In this document: positions 26,582-33,790 of the stretch, in pieces
Layout of the letters: every line of letters starts with the position of its first letter
Position numbering within the stretch: position 1 is the first letter of the stretch
From: Candidatus Omnitrophota bacterium
GTDB taxonomy: Bacteria > Omnitrophota > Gorgyraeia > Zapsychrales > Fredricksoniimonadaceae
Length of the DNA stretch: 44,829 nucleotides
Reading direction: 5' to 3'
Assembly (NCBI GenBank): GCA_043775535.1
Contig: JAYVSG010000127.1
Coordinates: 1-44,829, forward strand
The notes under the pieces: generated by a model
The model's input: the letters and a program-made list of their open reading frames with translations, nothing else
Databases searched by the model: none
What the model was told of the DNA's origin: nothing
Position numbers and translations under genes: made by a program

Positions 26582-28174
26582 CTAAATATGTACCCGGGCG
26601 AACGTATCGGCGGAAGCGGCTCTATGCGCCTCTTCAAATTCTGCGGGCAAAGGTTCGCGCAGAAGTTCACCGTCCTTCAAAAAGTTATAGATGCGCCCGA
26701 AATGCGCGGACTGGATGGTGTCCAGGCGGTGCATGATATGCCAGGGACGAAGTTCAGAAGGGTGGTCCAATCCCATGACGCCGATGATCTGGCTTAAGCT
26801 TTTGACCGTATTGCGGTGGTAGGAGGCCACGCGCTGGGATTTCTCCCCCGGCACCAGGCCGACGGTGAGGCCGGGATCATGGGTGGTAATGCCGACCGGG
26901 CAATGGTTGGAATCGCACTTCAGGGCTTGGATGCAACCTAAGGACATCATCATGCCGCGGGCGGAATAGATGGCGTCCGCGCCCAAGGCCATGTGGTGCA
27001 CCATGCCGAAGCCTGCGGTGACGCGTCCGCTGGCAAAGACCCGCACCTTGTCGCGCAGGCCGAAACCGGTCAGGGCATTGTGCACAAAGATGAGGCCTTC
27101 GGTGAGGGGATAGCCGATATGGTTCGAAAATTCGAGTGGTGCCGCGCCGGTGCCACCTTCGCCGCCGTCGACCGCGATGTAATCGGGCCTGATGCCGGTC
27201 TGGATCATGGCCTTGCAGATGGCCAGGAATTCATGGCGTTTGCCGATGCACAATTTGAAACCCACGGGCTTGCCGCCGGAGAGTTCCCGCAGACGGGCAA
27301 TGAATTGCAGCAATCTGACCGGAGTATCGCATCCCGGATGGGAGGCAGGTGAGATGATGGTCCGGCCGATGGGGACGCCGCGCACTTCCGCGATGTCCTT
27401 AGTTACCTTGGCGCCAGGCAGGATGCCGCCGCCGCCGGGCTTGGCCCCTTGCGACAATTTCAATTCGATCATCTTCACGTTGGGCAGGCGGGACTTTTCC
27501 TTGAACTTGTCAGGGCAGAAGGAACCGTTCTCCTGGCGGCAGCTGAAATAGCCGGTGCCGATCTGCCAGATCAGGTCCCCGCCGCCGTCCAAATGGTAGG
27601 AGCTTAAGCCCCCCTCGCCGGTGTTGTGCGCGAAATTCCCGATCTTGGCCCCTTTGCTGAAGGCCAGGACGGCGTTCTTGCTCAATGAACCGTAGCTCAT
27701 GGCGCCGATGTTAAGCAAACTTGCCGAGTAGGGATGGTTGCAATCCGTTCCACCGACGAGAACGCGCATGCCTTCCGGCTTCACCTGTTTGGGCAAGAGC
27801 GAATGGTTGACCCATTCATAACCGGTCTGGTAAAGGTCCTTCTGTGTACCGAAGGGGATGGTGTCGCGCACGTTCTTGGCGCGCTGGTAGATCACCGAGC
27901 GTTCTTCGCGGCTGAACGGGCGGCCGGAGGAGTTGGATTCGATGAAATACTGGTAGATCTCCGGGCGGATGAGCTCCATGAAGTAACGCAGGTGCCCGAT
28001 GACAGGGAAATTGCGGCAGATGGCCTTCTGGTCCTGGCACATGTCCCATAGCCCCAGGGCGATGAGCGGGCCGAACACGAACATGGAACACCACACCGCC
28101 GGCCAGGCCAGCCCGATGAAATAATTCAATAGGAGCACATAGAGGACAACGAACAGGAAAATACGACGGACCAT
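26582..28174 (-). CDS. Membrane-anchored FMN-binding glutamate synthase family protein (GltB central-domain-like)
   Basis: 530 aa. Two N-terminal TM helices, then LSQGAKPGGGGILPG, VDGGEGGTGAAP and ASGRVTAGFGMVHHMALGAD, as seen in glutamate-synthase FMN domains. Confidence 0.85.
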   Translation of the reverse strand: MVRRIFLFVVLYVLLLNYFIGLAWPAVWCSMFVFGPLIALGLWDMCQDQKAICRNFPVIGHLRYFMELIRPEIYQYFIESNSSGRPFSREERSVIYQRAKNVRDTIPFGTQKDLYQTGYEWVNHSLLPKQVKPEGMRVLVGGTDCNHPYSASLLNIGAMSYGSLSKNAVLAFSKGAKIGNFAHNTGEGGLSSYHLDGGGDLIWQIGTGYFSCRQENGSFCPDKFKEKSRLPNVKMIELKLSQGAKPGGGGILPGAKVTKDIAEVRGVPIGRTIISPASHPGCDTPVRLLQFIARLRELSGGKPVGFKLCIGKRHEFLAICKAMIQTGIRPDYIAVDGGEGGTGAAPLEFSNHIGYPLTEGLIFVHNALTGFGLRDKVRVFASGRVTAGFGMVHHMALGADAIYSARGMMMSLGCIQALKCDSNHCPVGITTHDPGLTVGLVPGEKSQRVASYHRNTVKSLSQIIGVMGLDHPSELRPWHIMHRLDTIQSAHFGRIYNFLKDGELLREPLPAEFEEAHRAASADTFARVHI

Positions 28175-28199
28175 TGGACCTGCCTTTTCTTATTTGGTA

Positions 28200-29009
28200 T
28201 TAGTCATCGTTCTGCAGCAGGGACGCTGTGATCATCACGCCGAGGATGGTCAAGACGTAGACAAGCTTTTCCAGGACACCGTGAAAATTCGAATCAGCGG
28301 ACATCACGCCGAAATTCATCGCGAATCCTGCCGTCAGGACCAGGCGCAGGATATTGATGGAAAAGGCCAACGGGATGAGGGAGGCCAGGATCGCCCATCT
28401 TTTCACCGTTGAAGCGCTTTGGATGTAGGCATAGGGCGCGGCGAAACCGGCCAGCAGCACGGTTGAATAAAAGACCGTCATGTCGCCGTGCAGGGGGATC
28501 GTGTATTTAGGGATGTTGAGGAACGCGCCTTCGGTCGACGAGGGCACCTGGAGCGCAGTCAGAAGCCAGGCAGTGCCGTGCACGATCACGGCGTTGAGCT
28601 GTGCCGATAAGGCGGCCGTCCAGGCGTCGGGGATCGAAAAGACAGCAATGGCATAGAGTGCGGCAAGCGGCAAGGCGCGGGCAGTGCCATTGTCCTTATG
28701 TTCCTTGACGGCAGCGCGTGCGGGCATGACTTCATCAGAAGGCCGGATGTCGACCTGGTTGGAAAATATTTTCACTTCTTCAAGGATACGTGAGCTGATG
28801 GGTTCGGCAGCAGGGGCAGCAGCCTGTTCAGCCATTGCGTTCTCGACAGCTTCCTTGATGACCGCCTGTTTGGAGGCAGTTTCACGCGCTTCCTCGACGC
28901 GCTGGGCAGTTTCCTGCTGGATCCGGCGCTGTTCGGTCATTTCAATGATCTGCCGGGTGGTGTATTTACGGCGATAAGATGTGGGAGCGGGTGTTGTTTG
29001 GTCTGACAT
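28200..29009 (-). CDS. Polytopic membrane protein, tentatively exosortase/archaeosortase-like, with a ~110-aa charged N-terminal extension
   Basis: 269 aa with about 5 TM helices. PLAFSINILRLVLT (N..R motif) and FHGVLEKL (H..G) resemble exosortase signature blocks. No Cys at the expected CSG position. Confidence 0.35.
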   Translation of the reverse strand: MSDQTTPAPTSYRRKYTTRQIIEMTEQRRIQQETAQRVEEARETASKQAVIKEAVENAMAEQAAAPAAEPISSRILEEVKIFSNQVDIRPSDEVMPARAAVKEHKDNGTARALPLAALYAIAVFSIPDAWTAALSAQLNAVIVHGTAWLLTALQVPSSTEGAFLNIPKYTIPLHGDMTVFYSTVLLAGFAAPYAYIQSASTVKRWAILASLIPLAFSINILRLVLTAGFAMNFGVMSADSNFHGVLEKLVYVLTILGVMITASLLQNDD

Positions 29010-29128
29010 GGTAAATCCCCTTTTTTAAACTTGAAGATAAGGGCATTTTACCACAGTTACGGGTTTCAGTTGAGGAAAACTTGCAGGGATTTAACCGGTC
29101 AGGATCATGCGGATGTTTTTTAGCCAGT

Positions 29129-29803
29129 TCAAAAAGAGAAGTGGATGCTTCCGGCTAAGGCTGCGCCATCTAAGAATTGGCCTTCAACATTGAACCACAC
29201 ACGCTCGCATAGGGGGAGATCGAAACCCGCGATGAGCCCCAGGTCTTTATCGGATTTGATGCGGTTACGTTCGTCTTCGATCCAATAGATCTTGTTCATC
29301 CGCGACCAGCGGGCGCCCAGGTAGGGCGTGATATTAAAGATGTCGTGGGACACCAGGGCGGAAAATTGCCAGTCGTCCAGCACAGTTTTGTGGTGGTTGG
29401 GCCCGACAGCGACCTGGTAAGGGTGGATACTGATGTGTTGGAAGCCCGCAACCACGCGTGTCGCATCATGATCGTACAATTTGACACGAAAACCGTAGCC
29501 GCCGCCCAGGTAGGTCGCATAATTGAGGTCCGGGTAATTGCCGCCGCGCTGGTGTATATTGCCCACCCCTCCTTTGAGGTCGAGGGAGAGCCAGTCCATG
29601 AGCCCGTATGAAAGCAGGGCAAAATACTGGAGGCTATGCATTTCGCCGTTGTCACCCTTAAGGTCCCGGTCAAGCACTGCATAGGATTGCAAGCCGCCAA
29701 AGAATTTACCTTGGGCGGGCATCTTGGTGCCGTACGCCGGGGCTGCATGGCCGAGGCCGCAGAAAAGGATGGATAATAATAAAGAAAATGTGAATGTGCG
29801 CAT
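29129..29803 (-). CDS. Outer-membrane beta-barrel protein (small porin/OmpW-like class)
   Basis: I prefer the start MRTFTFSLLLSILFCGLGHA|AP at 29803 (the ORF track gives 29839). Alternating hydrophobic beta-strand pattern, Gly/Tyr-rich, with a C-terminal ...IHFSF aromatic end. Confidence 0.7.
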   Translation of the reverse strand: MRTFTFSLLLSILFCGLGHAAPAYGTKMPAQGKFFGGLQSYAVLDRDLKGDNGEMHSLQYFALLSYGLMDWLSLDLKGGVGNIHQRGGNYPDLNYATYLGGGYGFRVKLYDHDATRVVAGFQHISIHPYQVAVGPNHHKTVLDDWQFSALVSHDIFNITPYLGARWSRMNKIYWIEDERNRIKSDKDLGLIAGFDLPLCERVWFNVEGQFLDGAALAGSIHFSF

Positions 29804-29829
29804 GGGCAGAACCTTTCTCTTATAAAAGA

Positions 29830-31059
29830 TCAGCGGCAATAGCTGCTGGTCGCATAGGCGCCGGTGCTGCAGCGGTCTTCGGTGGGAGAGCCCCAGCCTA
29901 GGCCGGATTTCCGGGACCCGCGGGGGGCTTTGCCCGGTTCATCCAAGGCTTTATCGAATTCCTGGTGTTTAACCGAGATGGGGGCCCCTTCCTTACCGAA
30001 TTCGGTGACATGGCGGTAGGTGCAGCCGGAAGTCAGGAGCAGGGCCAGGATGGCGATGCAGGGAAGGCCCGTCAAACGGAGCTTCTTGAATTCTGGGAAG
30101 CTGATGAGCTGGCGGTTCTGTTCATCCCAAAGGCGGAATTTTAGGGATTTGAAACTGCCCCGCAGGCTGATGGGCTCGATCTGCTGGAAGAGCACATTTT
30201 CGTCATGGCAGCGCTGCAGCATGTAATTCGGGATGCGCGGGCTTAAGTGGTGGATATGGTGGTAGCCGATATTGCCCGTGAACCACTGGAGCACCTTGGG
30301 CAGTTTGTAAAAGGAGCTTCCTTTCAAGGCCTCGGTCACATAATCCCAATCATCCTCACGTTCCCAGTACACCCCTTCGAATTGGTGCTGCACGTAGAAT
30401 AGCCATACACCGGCGGAACAGGCCATGATGAGCATGGGCAGCTGGATGAGCACATAGGCCTTCCACCCGATGAGGCCGTGCATGGCCAAGGCCATGGCCG
30501 CGATGCCGACGTTCGTCAGCATGATGCTGCGGAATTTTTTCCATCCGCCGTGGGGCCGGGGGAAACGGCGCAGCAGGATGAACATCACCGATGGACCGAT
30601 GACAAAAAGACAGAGGGGATTGCGTGCAAGGCGGTAGAAGGCGCGTTTGATGGGCGAAGCGTCCACGTATTCCTTGACGGTCATGGTCCAGATGTCGCCG
30701 ATGCCGCGCTCGTCGAGGTTTCCGGCGGAGGCGTGGTGCTGGGCATGTTCGTGCCACCAGTAATCATGGGGTGTGAAGGTCAGGACGCCGGTGACGAAGC
30801 CCCAAAAGCGGTTGGCCTTCTGCGACTTGAAGAAAGACAGGTGACCGCAATCGTGGAAGATGATGAAGATGCGCACCAAGAACCCGGCTCCGAGGACGCA
30901 CAGGGCCAGGGTGAGCCAATAGGACACGGCCAGGCTCAGGTATGCAAAGTACCAGAGCACGGCATAGGGGACCAGGGTATTGATGAGCTGCCAGGAGGCC
31001 AGCCGCCGGTCGGCGATCTGGTACTTGGCGATGATTTCTTTCCAGTTTTGGACGGTCAT
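29830..31059 (-). CDS. Membrane fatty-acid desaturase with an ~85-aa C-terminal extension
   Basis: 409 aa. Three His boxes: HDCGH, HEHAQHH and HHIHHL. The extension starts KKLRLTGLPCIAILALLLTSGC. Confidence 0.85.
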   Translation of the reverse strand: MTVQNWKEIIAKYQIADRRLASWQLINTLVPYAVLWYFAYLSLAVSYWLTLALCVLGAGFLVRIFIIFHDCGHLSFFKSQKANRFWGFVTGVLTFTPHDYWWHEHAQHHASAGNLDERGIGDIWTMTVKEYVDASPIKRAFYRLARNPLCLFVIGPSVMFILLRRFPRPHGGWKKFRSIMLTNVGIAAMALAMHGLIGWKAYVLIQLPMLIMACSAGVWLFYVQHQFEGVYWEREDDWDYVTEALKGSSFYKLPKVLQWFTGNIGYHHIHHLSPRIPNYMLQRCHDENVLFQQIEPISLRGSFKSLKFRLWDEQNRQLISFPEFKKLRLTGLPCIAILALLLTSGCTYRHVTEFGKEGAPISVKHQEFDKALDEPGKAPRGSRKSGLGWGSPTEDRCSTGAYATSSYCR

Positions 31060-31099
31060 GTGTAGCTAAATTATCATGTAAGCCGGCGTTAGGCTACTA

Positions 31100-31525
31100 T
31101 TATTCAACCAGCTTCGCGGTCATGGTGATCTTGGCATTCAACAGCCGGGAGATGGGGCAGCCCGTCTTGGCGTCATTGGCCAATTTCTCGAACGTCGCTT
31201 CATCCGTGCCCGGGACTTCAGCGCTGACATCCAGATGAACACCTGTCACGGTCCAGCCCTGTTCTAATTTTTCAAAACTGACCGTCGCGGTGGTGTCGAT
31301 GCGTTCGGCCGTCAGGCCGGCATTTCCCAACTGCACAGACAAGGCCATCGAGAAACATCCGGCATGTGCCGCACCGATCAACTCTTCAGGATTGGTGCCT
31401 GCAACACCTTCAAATCGTGTATTAAAGCCGTAGGGGGCCTTTGATAGAGCGCCGCTTTCCGTCGAGATGATGCCTTTGCCGTCTTTCAATGATCCAAGCC
31501 AAACTGCGGATGCCTTCTTTTCCAT
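31100..31525 (-). CDS. OsmC/Ohr family peroxiredoxin-like protein
   Basis: I prefer MEKKASAVWLGSLKDGKG at 31525, which has an AAGGAG RBS. Two conserved Cys are present (AHAGCFSMAL and TGCPISRLL). 141 aa. Confidence 0.85.
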   Translation of the reverse strand: MEKKASAVWLGSLKDGKGIISTESGALSKAPYGFNTRFEGVAGTNPEELIGAAHAGCFSMALSVQLGNAGLTAERIDTTATVSFEKLEQGWTVTGVHLDVSAEVPGTDEATFEKLANDAKTGCPISRLLNAKITMTAKLVE

Positions 31526-31826
31526 GAGATCTCCTTTATTAATATGTGATACAAGATAGCATAAATCAAAAACCCGCTGCAATTTATTTAATTGGAGAGG
31601 GTGGATAGTTCTCAGGTCCAACGGGAGCATTGTCATCGACCTGAGATTGCATTACACAAAATCCCATTAGAGGTAAGACGCCTGCTGGTATGAACAGGCT
31701 TTAAAACATCAGCATATTTTAAGAAATTGAGATAGCGACAACATAATTTTTCAGCATGCACGGCAAGTACACTAAATTGATGGACTGTCACCAAGATCGT
31801 ATTTTGATACAGCCTAGGTCTGTGGA

Positions 31827-32564
31827 TTATTCTTCAATGGCTTTTTTGAATCGTTCCCTAAGAGTCTTTTTAAGATCGTCATTCATATTTTCAAATTCTT
31901 TTGTTCTAACTGCAATTTTTTCTAAGGCCACTTTCTTATCGCCATAAGTATTCAGAAGATCTTCTACTTCTTGAAAATTACCAGGCTGGACCGAACGCAC
32001 ATCATGAATGATTATGTATAGTCGTGTTTGCATTAGCAGGATGCGGAGGTAATATTCAGCTAGCTCTAGTCTTTGCTTCAGGGAAGCTAAATCTTCATCA
32101 GAAATTTTGCCGTGTGATTTAATTTTGTCACTTAATAGATCCTGAGCCTTATTTACTATTCCCACTAAACCGATATATCCTTCAAGTGCCGTCCAATATT
32201 CTTGTCCCGAGTATTTATATAGTAAAGGATTAGTTATTACTGATGCCGATATGATTGTATCTAAATGAAAGAGTTGAAACGCATCTGTACTATTGCCTTT
32301 CAAGGCATCAATCTTTGACTGGTTATCACTGACTTCAACCATAATAGCTGTGAAGCTTCTTTTAAAAATATTTGCTTCAAATTCGTATCCCCTTTTAGAT
32401 TCTAATTGGACTGCAAGGAACACGCCGGCAAATGTAGCGGTTAGCGTAAGTACAAATGCCCATACTAATTCTGGAGCATTAACTGAGAGATGTTTTCCAA
32501 GAGGTTTTATTAGGCAAAGAACCCCGAAAATGATTGCTCCAATTCCAGCGTGAGTGATATTCAT
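31827..32564 (-). CDS. Hypothetical 2-TM membrane protein with a helical C-terminal domain (AT-rich orphan gene)
   Basis: 245 aa. Two N-terminal hydrophobic helices, then a charged helical region. GGAG lies 9 nt upstream. Composition is visibly AT-rich compared with the neighbours. Confidence 0.6.
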   Translation of the reverse strand: MNITHAGIGAIIFGVLCLIKPLGKHLSVNAPELVWAFVLTLTATFAGVFLAVQLESKRGYEFEANIFKRSFTAIMVEVSDNQSKIDALKGNSTDAFQLFHLDTIISASVITNPLLYKYSGQEYWTALEGYIGLVGIVNKAQDLLSDKIKSHGKISDEDLASLKQRLELAEYYLRILLMQTRLYIIIHDVRSVQPGNFQEVEDLLNTYGDKKVALEKIAVRTKEFENMNDDLKKTLRERFKKAIEE

Positions 32565-32668
32565 AATTTTCTCCGATAACGTTTTCTATGGGAACGGGAT
32601 TTCTAGAATCACTGCAACTGCTTTAATTTTCAAGCAGTTAACGTTAAGAAGTCCCGAAGAGGTGCATT

Positions 32669-32745
32669 TGGTAGCCCCAACCGGATTTGAACCGGTGTTT
32701 TCTGCCTGAGAAGCAGACGTCCTGACCAGGCTAGACGATGGGGCC
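32669..32745 (-). tRNA. tRNA-Glu (anticodon CTC) with encoded CCA
   Basis: Folded by hand on the minus strand. Acceptor GGCCCCA/TGGGGCT (G1-U72). D stem GTCT/GGAC. Anticodon stem TCTGC/GCAGA with loop TTCTCAG. T arm ACCGG-TTCAAAT-CCGGT. Ends A-CCA. Confidence 0.85.
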
Positions 32746-32778
32746 TTAGGAAGACATAAAATATAACACAAGGCGGGT

Positions 32779-33306
32779 TTACGTCAACTGTTTATTGCCA
32801 CCGGCCAGCAGGCGCAATTGGGCGGGGGTGAGCATCCAATTGAAGGTCGCAGATCCGGGTCCGGAAAGCTTTTCTGCCCGCAAACTGCAGAGGCCGCCTT
32901 TTTTGAATTCGATGGGGATGCTTTGGCCGCCGACTAGCAGGAAGGACACCATGCCGCTCAGGTGCGGCTCATGTCCGACGAGTAAAATGCGTCGGGCTTT
33001 TGGGAAATGTGTTGTGAGTTCTTTGAGCAGGTCTTCAAAAGCGGCAAAGGGGGTCAGCTGTTCCGTGATCCGGATGTCGGATGTCCGGATCTTGAAGACA
33101 GAAGCCACGATGGCGGCGGTCTGTTCTGCCCGCACATAGGGGCTTGAGAGCACAGCGTCAAAGGAGATGTCCAGCGCCTTCATGCCGCGCGCATTGTTCT
33201 GCATCTTGGCCCGGCCTTCATCCGTCAGCGGGCGCCGGCTGTCGTCTTCATATCCCGGTGTGCCGCGTTCAACGGCGATCGCATGTCTTAAGAAATATAG
33301 TTCCAT
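32779..33306 (-). CDS. sixA: Phosphohistidine phosphatase SixA
   Basis: 175 aa from MELYFLRHAIAVERG (RH motif), plus SSPYVRAEQTA and VGHEPHLS. The 358-aa listed ORF is an upstream read-through with no coding support. Confidence 0.85.
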   Translation of the reverse strand: MELYFLRHAIAVERGTPGYEDDSRRPLTDEGRAKMQNNARGMKALDISFDAVLSSPYVRAEQTAAIVASVFKIRTSDIRITEQLTPFAAFEDLLKELTTHFPKARRILLVGHEPHLSGMVSFLLVGGQSIPIEFKKGGLCSLRAEKLSGPGSATFNWMLTPAQLRLLAGGNKQLT

Positions 33307-33370
33307 GGGGTTCCGTTCCTGTTTATAATAGCATATCGCTATTAGAAGCGGAAGGAAAGGACGGCGGTCC

Positions 33371-33760
33371 ATGCGCATTTTTCTTTTGATCTGTGTATTC
33401 TTAACCGGCAGCCTTGCACACGCGGCCACCCATGGGTTTGACCTCAAGATCACGCTCAAGGACGACATCATCAAGGTCGGACATCCGGTCGAGGGCAAGG
33501 TCGCTGTGACCAACATGTACGGCGCCGGTCTGCCGGCCATCTTTAACATCGAATTGTTCCATGAAGACAGCCTGGTCGATCGAATAACGACCTCCGTCCC
33601 CAAGGTCCCCAACGGCATTACGGAATTTTCCTTTAAGAGATTCGGAATCCCGTTCTTTAACGAAGGCCCCGACAGCATCGGCACCTGGCGCATCCGGATC
33701 ATCCAGCAGAACATCGACGCTGAAGATGCGGCGCAGGCGCTTTTCGCGATTGTCCCGTGA
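33371..33760 (+). CDS. Small secreted hypothetical protein (beta-rich)
   Basis: 129 aa with signal peptide MRIFLLICVFLTGSLAHA|AT. No family motif recognised. Divergent from sixA. Confidence 0.6.
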   Translation: MRIFLLICVFLTGSLAHAATHGFDLKITLKDDIIKVGHPVEGKVAVTNMYGAGLPAIFNIELFHEDSLVDRITTSVPKVPNGITEFSFKRFGIPFFNEGPDSIGTWRIRIIQQNIDAEDAAQALFAIVP

Positions 33761-33790
33761 CATTGCCGGATGGGTAATGTATAATCCGGC

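Noticed and set aside
26473-26670. 65-aa minus-strand ORF in the track
   Set aside because: It overlaps the 3' end of the GltS-like gene in another frame. The alternative 51-aa zinc-ribbon frame (26394-26549) has an RBS and a coherent Cys/His motif and is preferred.
31611-31645. 8-bp inverted repeat CTCAGGTC...GACCTGAG with a 19-nt loop in the AT-rich spacer
   Set aside because: The stem is short, the loop large and there is no T-tract. It lies ~180 nt from the nearest gene end. This is not enough to call a terminator or an att site.
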